Source: Octopus sinensis (taxonomy: Eukaryota). From it: 64,000 nt of DNA. Below the pieces are notes generated by a model. That model was given only the letters and a program-made list of their open reading frames with translations. It had not been told where the DNA came from and did not search any database. This document shows positions 12,369 to 27,444 of this stretch, piece by piece. Position 1 is the stretch's first letter. Every line of letters begins with the position of its first letter. The DNA lies in the NCBI RefSeq assembly GCF_006345805.1, contig NC_043013.1, positions 23,994,001 through 24,058,000 of the forward strand, given 5' to 3'. The position numbers were made by a program, and so were the translations under genes.

Positions 12369-15300
12369 GTAAAGAATTGTATGTTTTTGGTATTGTGTTC
12401 ACAGGTTCCTGACAAACATGTATAAACCATAAACATAAATTCCTTATTCAACACATTTTCATTAATGAAACTGTGCATAGACTGACAGAATCTACACTAA
12501 TTTCTAGGAATGCATATTTCTGTCTTGTTGATATCATTGTTGTAATAATTGTTAGTTTCCGTTATTGTTTTAACTAATTCTTCAAAAGTATATTTTATTT
12601 GGCTTGAAGTTAGTTGTTATTCTATTTTTATAAACTCATTTTAAAATTTCCCCCTAAACTGAAGTTGGTTGTTTTTGGTATTTTATTTATCCTGATGGCT
12701 ATTATAAACTCTGACAATAGACTATATTTGCTCTGTTTCTATGGCTTGGCTATACTTTCTCACAAATCAAAACATCAGTATTTTAGATTTTGTTTTTATA
12801 GTATTCATACTTCAGTAATACTTATTGTGCTTAAAACTGGCATCAATTCTAGATGTTTTTTCCCCATTTCTTTTAATGGATAAGTTTACTTTATAACTAA
12901 TATAATAGACATCAAATTAGTAATCACTGAAGTGTTGGTTTTGTTTGACAAGATTTTAAAAAAGTTTGGTTTGTATTAGTTCTAAAAATCTGCAACATTA
13001 CATTTATGCTTAGGTTCTTTTTCTCATATTAATATTTAATTAAAAAACTTGTTTCATTGAAAATATACTATACTTTATTATACTATAATTTCATACTATT
13101 TTATTTGAATTTTCAGCTTTTTGTCATGTTTAATAAAAAAAAAAAAAAAAAATTGTTTTTTCATCTTAACATTTAGATATTTTGTGTGTGTGTTTTAGAG
13201 TATCGTTTATACTCCCTCATGCATTTTTATGGTTTAATAGAAGTAAAAAAATTCCTGAGTAGAAAGTAACACACAAATATGGACCCACACCTGCCCTTGG
13301 AGACAATATAGTATATTGTTAAATTTACGTTGAATATTAGAATCTATAAGGTTTTATTTTTCCACCTCATCATTTCATTTTTGATTTATTTCCATTCCAA
13401 TAAGAATGGAAATAACATAACAAAAATAACTTTAACCTTTTCTAATTCACCCTCTTTGTATAAATTGTCTTTCTGCATTCTAGATTTTCCTCACCCTATT
13501 TTGACTCTAGTTACCATTCATGACGATAAGTTGCATGCAGATTCTTGTGTTGTCAGTGTATTCAATAATTATCCATTATTGTCTCTTTCCCCATCATTAA
13601 TTTAATAACTAAAATAAACCTGACCCTCATTTCACTCAGTTTACTGAAAACTTTGGTTCCTTAGATGAAATGATATTCAACACTAATATAAACAAAGCCA
13701 TAAACTGTTGCTCATGACAGCTTTAAAGAGTCTGGGCGTTTAGTAAGGTTTTTAGCATTCATAATTTGCACAGCATTCAAACTTTTGCATTTCTTTAATT
13801 GTATAATTTTTATCGGAGAAGAATCCGGTTTTGAATTCTACTGTAAGAGCTTTAAGAATTAGATTAAGCAATTCTATGGTTGAGGGTAACATCTTGATTT
13901 ACAATTTGCATTGAATTGCTGATCATTTGCTTCTTCGCATTTAATATCACATAACATTTAATATCACAAATTACCTGATGCCTATCTCAATACCAACAAA
14001 CATGTAACAATTTTATTTTGTCAAATACTTGTATATCCATTTTTCTGAAAAAATACTCACCATGTTCTTTTTAACCTTTATGTTTCCCTATCAGAATAAC
14101 TGTGTTCATTATTGCTTTGTTAATATACAGTATTCCATTCTGAGTTCTCTACATTATATATCCTTTAAATTTCTGTAGCGTTTACCCAATCACTCATTTT
14201 TTTTACTCTTCCTTTGTAACATTAGTTTTACTGTGTATGCATTTATTCCCTCAATCAACTCACGTTTCTCTTCTAAAACATTAGTCTCTTGAAAACTGAA
14301 CCCTACATAATGTGCATTTAAGCATGCCCGAGTGGTTAACTTTGTTTTGCAACCTTATGGTCCCCAGATTTGATCCCATTGTAATAAATACATACACATA
14401 TAGGGATGAAGCAAGTTTCATATGTTAAAGAAAAGAGCTTACAATCAATAGAGTATGAAGATAATTTCTAGTTTGCTCTAATTATATGTAAGCGAGTCAG
14501 ATCATTGCTATTGTCAGCTTCACACTGAATGGGGGAATGTCTGGGGAATTGAGACACACAGTGTTCAGATCCTAAAACAAACAAGCACATACACACACTC
14601 TTACGTACGAACAAATTAAATATAAACATTCTGAAAAGTACTGAGAACTATATACAAACACAATTGTAATAGCATGGTGTGGAAGTGACATGAAATCTAA
14701 GCCTTGATTTGGTGGTGAATTGCCAGTTGGTGATGCTTTCTTAAAAAGACATGCACAAACTATATGTTTGTATGATTTTAACACACACAAACACACCATC
14801 ATCATCATCATCATCATCATTTTATTCTCCACTTTCCATGTTAGCATGGAAAATGGATGATCACAGTCCAAATCAGTTGATAAAGCATATACAATAATTT
14901 CATGATTAAACATTCTAGGAATACTACACCACCATCACATCTAGTCATAAGTACTGATTGGATGAGGGTTTTGTGGTCACAGAAGATTCCCAACTAAAGT
15001 TAAGGAGAATTTCCTTAGTAGAAATAGCAGACTTATATTGTGCCACCAAATTATGGTGCAGAAACCCCAGGTTCAAGACTAAATGTCTTTATACTTGAAG
15101 GATCTTTGTTGTTTGGTTGAGTTCCCCCTATAAGCACAACTTTTTTTTTTTTTATTAATTCTTTTCAAAAATGTTGTGAAAAAGAGATAGAAATTGAGAA
15201 AGAGAGAGGTGGGGAGGAGGTAAAAGTTAGAGTGGAATATTTATATAAAGTTATAATTGTTCTTTTTTTGACATTATAAACCTTTGTTTAAAACAGTGAT

Positions 15301-15712
15301 ACCTGGGAAGCCCAGCTATCTGTCTCAAAGTAATATGAGCTTCATGAGTGGTCTTTGTTGTTTAGCTACCATGTAAAGGTTTCACTTGTTGGTTTATAGA
15401 AACATGTATACATATACTACATAATATTTTAGTAATGTACTTGAAAGGATTTTGGTAAGTTCACTAAGAACAGCCCACAGTTAGATTATTAAAAGTGGAC
15501 TTCTACCTTTATCTGCACCTTCCAGTTGGTTTTATTGCCTTCTTTTTAAGAGACACAACAGCTGTAGACTCGTCATGGTCCTGGTGGAAAAAATAGAAAA
15601 TATAAACATAATAATGTGGCTGTCCTGGAAGGGACGATGCTACTGCTGTTTTAGCCCAGGAAACCGTGTTTCTAATTGATTATACGACACAATATCTGTG
15701 TCCTTATGTTTT

Positions 15713-17264
15713 CCAACAGGGAGTTCAGCATTCCCATCCAGCACAAGAAAGGTATGCCCAAGTGGGCTGGTTACACCACTGGCATAGGCCACAGGTTATG
15801 GTCTCACTTGGTTTGCCAGGTCTTCTCAAGCACAGCGTATTTCCAAAGGTCTCGGTTGCAAGTCACTGCCTCGGTGAGGCCTAATGTTCAATGGTCGTGC
15901 TTCACTACCTCATCCCAGGTCTTCCTGGGTCTACCTCACTTCCACAGATTCCCTCAGCTGCTAGGCTGTGACACTTTTTCACACAGCTATCCTCATCCAT
16001 TCACACCACATGACCATACCAGCACAGTCGTCTCTCTTGCACACCACATCTGATGCTTCTTAGGTCCAACTTTTCTCTCAAGGCACTTACACTCTGTCAA
16101 GTATGCACACTGACATTACACATCCAATGGAGATACTGGCTTCGTTCCTTGCAAGCTTACGCATGTCCTAAGCATTCACAGCCCATGTTTCACTGCCATG
16201 TAGCATGGCTGTTCGTACACATGCGTCATACAGTCTACCTGTTACTCTGAGCGAGAGGCCCTTTGTCACCAGCAGAGGTAAGAGCTCTCTGAACTTTGCC
16301 AAGGCTATTCTTATTCTAGCAGCTACACTTTCAGAGCACCCACCACCACTACTGATTTGGTCACTTAGGTAACAGAAGCTATCAACTACTTCTAGTTTTT
16401 CTCCTTGGAATGTGACGGAAGTTGTTCTCTGCGCATTTTCAGTGTTTATTGCTCCTGAGCATCTGCCACATACAAAAACTATCTTCCCAGTTAGCCTTCC
16501 TTTGATATTGCTGCACCTCTTATGTGTCCACAGCTTATACTGGGTACATCTTATAGCTTTTTCTACAGATCGAGCAGGGCCATCAACCGGAAGGGGTTTG
16601 TGGTTTGCCTGCCTTCCTACTTATTAGGACTTTGGTTTTAGTTAGGCTGACTCTAAGGCCCTTCGATTCTAATCCTTGCTTCCACACCTAAAACTTCTCC
16701 TATAGTCCTGATAGTGACTCAGCAATTAGAGCAAGGTCATCTGCATAGAGGAGCTCCCAGGGGCATCCTGTCTTGAATTCCTCTGTTATTGCCTGGAGGA
16801 CTATGATAAATAGGAGGGGGCTGAGGACTGAACCTTGGTGGACCCCTACCTCTACCCGGAATTCTTCACTGTACTCGTTGCCAACCCTCACCTTACTGAC
16901 AGCATCCCTGTACATGGCTTGCACAGCTATCACTATCCATTCATCTATCCCTAGTTTCTTCATTGACCATCTGATAAAGGATCGGGGGACCCTGTCAACG
17001 GCTTTCTCCATGTCAACAAAAGCCAGGTACAGAGGTTTATTTTTGGCTAGGTATTTCTCCTGCAGCTGTCTTACCAGAAATATAGCATCAGTGGTGCTTT
17101 TCCCTGGCACGAATCCAAACTGTGTCTCATCTAAACTGACTCTCTCTCTAATTAGTTGGGCTATGACCCTCTCCATGACCTTCATTACCTGATCCAACAA
17201 CTTGAAACCTCTGTAATTATTTGAATCTAAAGTGTCACTTTTACTTATTTGTATCTAAAGCATC
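15713..17264 (-). mobile_element. 5'-truncated RTE-clade LINE (RT domain to 3' end), with stops and frameshifts downstream of a 166-aa open RT segment
   Basis: ORF 16700-17200: QFGFVPGKSTTDAIF, LAFVDMEKAVDRVPR, GVHQGSVLSPLLF, ELLYADDLAL (RT motifs); downstream KFRELLPLL, LYDACVRTAMLHGSETW and GRPRKTW are typical of RTE. Confidence 0.95.
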
Positions 17265-18409
17265 AAAATATACGGACACAGATATTGTGTTGTATAGCCT
17301 GCTAGAAACGATGTTTCTAGGGGCTAAAACAACAGTAACATCGTCCCTTCCAGGACAGTCACATTATGTTGGCAAATAGCCTTTACTTTAAAGAACCCTT
17401 ACTGAGTGTCTCTCTTTGAGAGGTTTAGAAATAATAATATTTCTATTTCTCCTGAGTAATTCTCTTACTAAAGCACATCTTCCCTTGGAATCATTCATTG
17501 ACCTCATATTGCTATAGATATTTTCGTTAGCTATGTACATGGTAAATAAAACTTTCATTTAAAGATTTTTGGTTTTTTTTCACTTTTTTCTTTTTGCTTA
17601 TTTAAGTTTGTGAAGCTATGAGAGCATACATACCAGGCATCTGCAATTATTTTTAACTGATCTGTGAACAGAATTTATATGTTGTAAATATATGGTTTTT
17701 TAAAAAAGTCCAATCTGAATAAAATCATAGAGGAGGTTAACTTTGAGTTTTATCTTAAAGTTAAATATAAGGTAGTTGTGATTTAATCAGTAGATTTCTA
17801 TCCCCTGTCTACTACACGACTGATTGTAACCCACGAAAGGAAAATGTTGGTTTTTCGGGGTCTGTATTTAAGTTGCATTTAGTTAAATATTAAATTGTAG
17901 GATTAGTGAATTTTTTGAAATAATATATAGAATACTGTTGAAACATCACAGATTAAACTGTAGATTGAATTTAATATTTTGGAATATTTGATTTTATAAA
18001 CTTCTACATTTCTTTCCTAATGACCCTGTTCTCTACAAATCACTGATCATTCTGTTTAATATGTCGCAGTATATCTTCAATAGAAACCAAACTCATTCAC
18101 TCCTAAATTGTACCAGCTTTCTTTAGTTTTCCTAACATATGAATAAGTATATACAGCTGTTCTGGTGTAGTCCTCCCAATATTTCTCGCAGACTATATTT
18201 TTTTCAATATCCTTTCATTATTAGAGCATGGCAGTTATGGAACGTGTTTTTTCTTTTGTGTAGACAAAGCAGTTTTCTATATGGAGGTTGATAATCAGAC
18301 ATTTAGAAATCACACTTAGAAATCAGACATTTAGAAAATGTCTAAACATTTTGTTCTTTTCAGTTTTATTTTATCTTTTTGTATTTATTCCTCATCATTA
18401 TCATCATTA

Positions 18410-18780
18410 TCATCATTTAATGTCTGTTTCCATGCTGGAAGCTGCACCAGACTCTAGTCTGATTTGGCATGGTTTGTCCATGGCTGGATGCCCTTCCTAA
18501 TGCCAATAACTCCAAGAGTGCTTTTACATGCCACCAGAATGGGTGCCATTTGCGTGACACTGGGGTGCTCTTACGTGCCACTGGCATGGGTGCCATTTAC
18601 ATGACATGGGTATCTGCCATGACTGCGATTTCGCTCAGCTTGATGGGTCTTCTTCTCAAGCATGACTTGCTACCAAGGGTCTCGGTCATTGCATCCACGA
18701 GGCTCAACACTCGAAAGGAACTCAGCTACTTTGCCTCTGTGAGGCGCAACACTCAAAAGGTATGCTTGGCTGACATTGAA
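18410..18780 (-). mobile_element. RTE 3'-end fragment with (GAT)n-tailed SINE-like terminus
   Basis: tcttctcaagca..ccaagggtctcggtcatt matches the RTE C-terminus at 15820-15860; continues into the ggatgcccttcctaatgccaa tail family. Confidence 0.65.
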
Positions 18781-20194
18781 ACTGGGAAATTGAAATATGC
18801 TTACTCATCTCTTTATCAATTACTTAAGTTTAATCTGGTGGGGGTGTATGTGTGTAATGAAAGCTAATACTTCTGAGCTACTCTCTGTGATATATAACTG
18901 AAAGATATAGCTAACAATCAGGGTTTGCTGTATTTTAGTGGCTATTATTTCAATGCCTCTATGACTGTTATAGGTGTGGTTGTGTGGTTAAGAAGTCCAC
19001 TTCCCAATTGTGTGATTTTGGGTTCAGTCCCATTGCATGGCACTTTGGGCAAGCATCTTCTACCAAAGCCTCAGGAGTATATTTAGTAGAGAGAAACGGG
19101 AAGAAACCTGTTTGTTTCTGTGTCTGTGTCGGTCTCCTTGCCTTGACATGGCACCAAAGTTGTAAATAAGCATCAGAGTCATACAAGCAGTGTCCCTCCA
19201 TTTCTCACCTTCCGTGAAGACACATCCAGCTTGGAAACGGGGAGGAGGTGATGAAGGGATGGGTATCTGCCATAATGATTTCCATTTGACCCATGCCAGA
19301 ATGAAAAAGAGAACATTAAAAACAATGATGATGGATTGAAATAGTTTTGTCTTGATAGCCCAAGCAATAGACTTTCATCAATGTCTTTGGCTTACCACAT
19401 TCTATGCTGCCATGAAATACTCTTTTTTTTTTTTGTCCTCCAGATTTCACAACTTTATCACACACTTTATCACATTTATTTTGTCTTCTTATCTCCTTGT
19501 AAACTTTTCATTGCTGATACTGTTGGAAAGGAAATTGACAGCCATTTCTGTTTTTGTATAATAATATTTTACAAAACTTTCTCTTCCATATAAAAGAATA
19601 CGAATCATTTATATGGATGTTATTATATGATATTGTATTTATTTGATATTTAAATGTTATTTTGTTACAAATATATCAGTCAGTGGTTGTCTTCAGAAAC
19701 TTTTTTCAATAATACTAAAAATAAATTTGTCACACAGTTTCTCTCTTCTGTCACTTCCTCTTTCATCTCTCTCTCTTTCTCTCTCTCTCTCTTTCACACA
19801 CACATACACACAATTTACCATCAAGACAATCATTCCTTTTACTTTTCAGAATGATTTTTAAAACCCCAGCCCTCATACTGAAGAGAAATTATTACCCTTT
19901 AATACTTGAATTAGGTAAAAATATTCACTTCACCAAACTTACATATAGAATTTTGAATCTGTGAGAATAGGGAAGCTAAGCATGTTATTATTGAAAGTTT
20001 GGTGTGATAAATACTACTGTTGTCCATGATAATGGCATCTAAAATATAAATCCTGAGGTTAGACGACTTCATTCATGATGCAAAATTCTAATGATATTTG
20101 ATGGAACTGAATTTGAAGTTTAATTAGAGTTACCAAAAAATCCCTCATAGGCTGAACTTGCCCAGAACATGCTGTAAATCTCTCTCTCTCTCTC

Positions 20195-20230
<36 letters not shown>

Positions 20231-20589
20231 CATGATGGGTTTCCACACAGTTTCCCTATATCAAATTCATTCTCAAGGTATTGGTTAACGTGGGGTTATA
20301 GATGAAGATACTTGCCCAAGCTGCTGCACAGTGGGACTGAAACCTGAAATCACATCTTTGCCTGCTCCTGGCTTCGGCTATACTATGTATACTAACTTAA
20401 AACATTGTTTGTAATGTGGTGTATCTGGCATTGTCATTCAATTTTGAATATGATAATTATTATATGTGTGTGTGTGTGTGTTTAAAATGCCTCCATCGTC
20501 ATAACTATTTTTAATATCCATTTCACCATGCTCACAACACAAGCAGATAGGTTATCTCCAGAATTGTATATCAGCAACCATTTCAGTCT

Positions 20590-21250
20590 TTTGTCACATT
20601 AATCTAAGCATCTTTGGCTAATGTGATGTCCTCCGTGGTTTCCCTCTTTCATAGGTTCCATCCACATTGAGCACATCACACTTCCCTAGTTATCATCTTC
20701 CGTACCCATGGCAGGCTCATATCACTACAGTCTTTTGCTTTGTGCACTACATCTGATTCCTTTTCTATATACAGATCAGCTCTTAGCTCGTTTATACACC
20801 ATCCTTCATCCACACTGATGTTACGTATCCGCTGAGCATGCTTTCTTATTTATTGCTTCTCTTCACCAATCCTCTGCATTTTAGGACCCACATTGTCTTA
20901 CTACCATGCAGCATTACACTTCATATACATGCCTCAGTCTTCCTTTCATTCTGAGATAGAAACCTGTTGCCTCCAGAAGAGGTAATGGCTCCCTGAATAT
21001 TCACTAATCCATTCTTCTTCCACTTACTTTACTTTGAGAAGCTTCACTGCTAATGAGATTACCTAAGTAACAGACGTTATCAACAGCTTCAAGAGGCACT
21101 ATTTTGGGTGTGTTCTTAGTATTTATTGCCCCCTCTACATCTACTGTATACAAAATCTATCTTCTCCATTAGCCTGTCTTTGATTCCACTACACCATTTG
21201 ACAACCATCATTTATACTGGGTATAATTTAAGGAATTCTTACCAGTACCT
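20590..21250 (-). mobile_element. Older decayed RTE LINE fragment
   Basis: Collinear similarity with 15900-16560 (e.g. acctaagtaacagacgttatcaacagcttc vs acttaggtaacagaagctatcaactacttc). Confidence 0.7.
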
Positions 21251-21316
21251 TTTCTGCATATTTAGCCTAAGCATTTCCCTGTTAAAAGTGTGATCCTGTT
21301 TTCTTTCCTACTTCTA

Positions 21317-21348
<32 letters not shown>

Positions 21349-21654
21349 TACAGAGAGAGAGAGAGAGAGAGCGAGTATATATTATTTATTAGAATATATT
21401 TTATTGTATATAATGTGTTTTACCTGCATGAATATAGAGAATTAAGTTTTTATACAATCTTGATGTCTCTATAGTTGAAGAAGAAAAACTTTAAGATGGA
21501 AGCCAGGCAGCAGGAGAGTTCAAGGCAGACGAATATGTGGAAAGGTCTGTAGAGAGAAAGAGCTTTAATGTGATAGATGTTGCAAGCAAAAGAAGACAAT
21601 GTGGGCGGATAGAAGTAGATCAATCGTTGAGCCATCAATATTTTCAGTATTAGT

Positions 21655-21875
21655 AAGGTGGTGAGCTGGCAGAAACATTAACATGCCAGACGAAATGCTT
21701 GGTGGTACTTCGTCTGTCTTTACTTTCTGAGTTCAAATTCCACCAAAGTCAACTTTGCCTTTCATCCTTTTGGCGTCAACTAATTAAGAACCAGTTGCAT
21801 TCTGGGGTCGATCTAATTCACTGGCTTCTCCCCCCAAAAAAATTTTAGGCCTTGTGCCTAGAGTAGAAAAGAATG
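21655..21875 (+). mobile_element. tRNA-derived SINE (aaggtggtgagctggcagaa family)
   Basis: Box B-like GAGTTCAAATTCC; same family as 580-795, 6705-6925, 49738-49965, 50125-50310 and 52195-52420. Confidence 0.8.
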
Positions 21876-23349
21876 TTTTCAGTATTAGTTTATGTACCAG
21901 TGAACTAGTGTCTATTTTAAATGGTAATGGTTATTTTAAATTTGAATAATTAATTCAGTTTATTGCTGGGGTCAAAATACAGTACAGGCTATTTGTAATT
22001 AAATACATGACGAAAATGTTTTGCCCCAGCATGGCCGCAGCCTTAGGGCTGAAACACATAACAAAAGAATTAATTCACTTAAATTAATATAAAACGTTTC
22101 TGATAATCTTTATATCCAACTAAACATGGATCCTTTGTTACAACACCAATTACTGCATTATTAGCCTTAATGTGGTCTTAAAGATACTTGCTGCATAAAA
22201 GAACACACAGAGATTGTAGCAGATGAATTTTGTCTGCTATGATCTATGTGTGTGCATTTATGCACCAAGGATCTCTCAAGTCTATTAACACAGTATTTGG
22301 TGTTAACTTTTCTGATAACTTTTATAAATAAAACCTATAAAAATAAACGCTAGCTATAACTTATAGCTCTAGCTTCATAGAAATCCGAAGCAGGTTTCAT
22401 TTGTCTGAAGCAAAAAAACAGAAATTTTAGCTATGCCTGAAGGTTTCCTGGAAGATGGCAGAGTTCACTGTTTGTAAATTACAACTGGTTAAATTATAGA
22501 TAATTATTTTTAAAAATAGATATATTTATTTATTTATACAAAATTTTAAAGTTCAGAGTTTTTTTAGCTGTTTCTTAAATTTTGTAAAGACTATTAACTG
22601 CACCACAAAAATATCTCACCTTCTGTCTTGAATATCTTTCAATGTGTTTCTGTGTCTTGGAACCCCCAGAGTAGAATTTTGTTCCTTATTCTATCAACAG
22701 AATAAAAATATTTCCTTTCATCCTTGAAAGGGCAACGCCAAAAAATATGAAACACATACACACACAAACACAAGGCTTAGATACGGAGATAAGAAGCACA
22801 TACATATCTAACACATACACACATAAAAAATAGAAAATATATGTATAGAGAAAACATGGAAAGTGACATACACATATATACAAACATGGTACATACATTC
22901 AATAGACATGTATCTGTGCACATATCCTTATGTGTATGTGATTGTATGTGCATTTTCTTTAAATAATAGAGTGCTGTTAATACAATGGTTTCATGTGACA
23001 ATGCTTGCAATTATTCTATCGTAGTTTAATGATACTGGCACCTCAATTATCATGTTAGTTGCGAATGCAAACAAGATTTTGTGCAGTAACAGATGACACA
23101 AAGCTAATTAAGCAGGTGAAGGGAAGTATTCAGGGACCACAGGGCTGGTTGCTTCACTTGTATGTGAGTACTAGCCAGTGGTATCTTGACAAAATTAGTA
23201 CATAGCAGGTTTGTACATCTCATCGTTTAACATCCGCTTTCTATGCTCGCATAAAGCATAAAATATTATACAGTTTTGCTGTTGATCATTCATATACCAA
23301 CTGATAATTTTATTGAGATGCATGTATTCTTTCTTTCTCTCTGTCTCTG

Positions 23350-23380
<31 letters not shown>

Positions 23381-24012
23381 TACACACACACACACTCTCT
23401 CTCTCACTTGTGCTTTCCCAGCTGAATGATGATGTGTAGATGTCAAGAGAATAAAATTTAAAACAGTTTTAAAACTGATTGCAGTGGGAGGCATCATGTG
23501 ATTAAATGGGAAAGACAGATGATAAGGATTCAGTCTGTAACAGACTTGATTTCAGTGGTTTTAGAAAAATACATCTATGCAAATGTAAGAAAATAATTTA
23601 ATATTTAATTTCACACATACACATATGCAAATCTTTTGTTACATATATACATACATGTTTGTATGTGTGCGTGTGTGTGTATACATTATTTATATTTAAC
23701 ACTTTCATGTACACTAAAATATAGAGAGAGCTACAGTAACCATCTCACAAGAGAAATTCTCTGAAGGCAGTCACCACATTGAAAGTCTTCCCACATTTAA
23801 CCTCACAAGCATGTTAAATATACAGTTTGATTTTTATCATAGTTGCTTAGTTTGCCCTCAATAAAATAATTCCAGCTCAACAAAGCTTTGCATACACCAG
23901 CAGACTTATTATTTGCTGCTTGCATATAAGAATCACAGTGCTTAGGGAGCTATGAACAGTAGGAAATATATACAACATTATTTTAATCATCACTGCTTAG
24001 ATTGCTTAAATT

Positions 24013-24044
<32 letters not shown>

Positions 24045-24461
24045 TATTAAAAGATTCATTGCTAAAAGTTTCATACACAGATGAGACACCTGCACATTTA
24101 TGACTTGTAATATTTTCTATTAAAAAATACAGCCATTGGGTAAAAATAGTTTTCCTCATCATTTCAAATGCATATGCCATTGTATGTACATATATGTAAA
24201 CTTGTGCGTATACACACACATATATACAATTGTATACATGTATACCTATGTTTGTTGGTGTTGACTTGTGATGGCGTATGACCACCCTTTGTATTCTTTC
24301 CTTCTTTCAATGTCACACCTTCTTGTCACAGTTCACATTATGATGAAAACAGACATGGCAAGTTCAAGGTTCCACATCCTATGGTTCTTTGATGCCTTTC
24401 TTTTATTCTTACATGCAAGGTAACTGTAGATATGATGCAAGTTTGGTGGGGTTTCCTGTAG

Positions 24462-24523
24462 CTCACAAGAATGATCTGCAGTTTGTGGTTCCAAGTAGTT
24501 CAAGTCTTGACTCTGGCTGGCAT
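24462..24523 (+). CDS. Candidate AGAP linker exon (x)HKNDLQFVVPSSSSLDSGWH (1-0); alternative in-frame acceptor at 24420
   Basis: tttcctgtag|CT...CAT|gtatat; 62 nt, open and Ser-rich; ends in phase 0, compatible with the 31536 exon; no recognisable homology motif. Confidence 0.5.
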
Positions 24524-24529
24524 GTATAT

Positions 24530-24530
<1 letters not shown>

Positions 24531-24597
<67 letters not shown>
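24531..24597 (+). repeat. (CA)n microsatellite, about 33 units
   Basis: Direct reading; begins about 7 nt after the candidate donor at 24524. Confidence 0.97.
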
Positions 24598-24599
<2 letters not shown>

Positions 24600-26493
24600 A
24601 AAGAAAGGGTGCAATGTATTTGCACTTCAAAAATAGCTGAGGAAAGGACTCAACACTGGTGTTATAATTAAGTCTATTTTATACGAGGTGATGTCTGTGA
24701 CCTCTCTTGGCTTATTGAAACAGCTAGCAAAATGCAGGTTTTGCACAAAAAGTTCAAGAAATGTGTGGATGGGGAGAGGTGAGTTTAGTAAATCTAACTT
24801 CTTTTTTTTTATTGTTATATGGTGATAGTAAATGAAATTTTAACTTATGGAGTTGAAATGGCTTTAGTTAGGAGTGGCAAAGAAACAAAACATTCTATAA
24901 ATTGTACCTCATATATTGTATGCAAATTGGGATTGTATAGGAGATTTGCTATATGAATTCTATTTGAAAAGCAAAAGTCATTTAAAGTTGAAACCTGGAA
25001 ATTAAATATATTAGAAAGAGAGAAATGTTTGGAGGGGTGTAACCTGTTAATATATTGGTGTAACTGCTATGAAGGAACTTTGATTTGAAGCAGAAGTGGG
25101 ACTCCACTGTCATTTGTTCACACCAGTGAAGTAATAAGTAGGAGTGACTTGTAAGAAAACATTGATTCACTGAAATGTTTTCAGTGTTGGCTCTCTGCCT
25201 ACACTGAAAGGTTTATGAAAGAAGGGTAGATATTGTTGAGCCTTGTTGAAGGATGATGTTTCTTGAAATGGCTTTTCCAAAGGCAGTTGTGCAACTTGCG
25301 ACTTACTGACACTACCTGAAACACAAATTCTACTGTCAGGCAGGAAATCAATGCTCATAGATCAATATCTTGTAAATATATATGTAAACACCTGCATTTT
25401 ATCAACTTGCTTATATTCAATCTACCTAGGCAGGTGACAGTCAACAACTCATTAAAACTACTACATTCACATTGACATCAATGATCATTATTTATCTATC
25501 AGTATGTTTCGTTGAAAGACATGCAATGCTTATATCTTAATGATTTTTTTTTTACTGACCTAACTGCGTTTCCTCCAAAGGATTGGGAGTTTAATAGAGA
25601 AAAAGCATAACATGAGTTTAAGAGTGAATTTTAAAAAAAAGAAAGAAAGAGAATATATATGTGAAAACTAAAAATGTAAACATAACATAATAATGAAAGT
25701 TGTTTGAATAGAAATAATCTGGATTCAAATAAATATATACAAAGAACATAACTCATAAAATATAAGAAGGAAATTGATCCAATTTTTTATTTGATAAAAG
25801 CAAACAGTATATAAGATTTAATACTGTGTGTCAGGAGCATTGTATTTTTTGTGAAATTAATGGGTTTATATTATTTCAGAGTCCTATATGCCAAATATTA
25901 GTAAAAAGACATCAGTTTAGAATGTAACTTTTGTTTGGGAACTAAAATTTCATAGGATTCTATTCTACAAGGCTCATAGTTTTCATTTTGTTGTTGTTGT
26001 TGTTTTTGGTATGGTTGATATTAACTGTTATATACTATAGAGTTCCTTAGCAAGACATTTTCCTTGTAATAAGTTCCTGTTTCTGTTAGAGCAATTGCAA
26101 TGAGGTGTATTTTGGTTAACCTGCTGGAGATTGAGTTTCCATTGATTGGACATTCAGTTTCAGGAAAATAGCTGGTACTAGAGTAGAATATTTTTCTGTT
26201 ATTGTATCATAGAATTCCATGAAATTTATGGTTAAAGAAAATATGGCTTTTGTTTCCCATTCAACTCTCAGTGGTTGTTAGATTTCAAATATTAACTCAA
26301 ACCTATACAATCTTATTTTACCTTTAATTATTCGCTATTTCTTTATAGAATATTTTTGGTGCTGGCCACTTCTATTCAAAGATCATTTCAAGCCCATAAA
26401 TAAAAATATATTTAATTTATATAAATATAAATTAAAATATATTTGACTATCAAAAGCAAGTCAAATTTAACTAAACTCATTTCACATCAATAA

Positions 26494-26770
<277 letters not shown>

Positions 26771-27444
26771 ATATATATATTGCGTAGGTAGGTATATATC
26801 AGAGAATTTTATATAATATGTTGGGTCTTAACAGTAATTTTCTATGATGAAAACAAAATAGTTTTTTTGTTTTAGTTGTGGGTTGGAGTCCCTTCTAATT
26901 TGCAGTTCAAATTAGGCAAACATAGGAATTTATTTCTTCTGACTTATTCCATGTATATGCCAGCTCAATCCAAACTACTGACAACAACAACAACAACTAA
27001 TTAAATGCCTGATTAAATTCAGTCTGGAAACTAGGATTTAGCTGAGGTTTTAAAACTTGCTGATAAGACCTAAGAAAGAGATAATCAAGACTGTTTTTAA
27101 TCATGGTTTAATCAAATCAAACACCACAATCATTGATAATAAATAACTATATATTTGCATATTTTCCTATATTAGAAAATGTATGCTTAGCAGCTGTTCT
27201 TCTTAGAGTTCTTATTGTTTCAATCTAATTTTCCTTTTACATTTCTCAAACTATTTTATTCATTTTGTCATTTTTATAGTTGCTACATTTTTTTTTGTTT
27301 TGTTTTGTTTTTTTTCTTCATCCTAATCCATCTACATTTCAGTTGAACAAGAAAACCAGAACCTAATATTTGATATCCAATGCTGTTGTGGTCTGTTGAT
27401 AGTGAATTAATGCTTATATACCCTTCTACTTCGATTTTAGTTGT

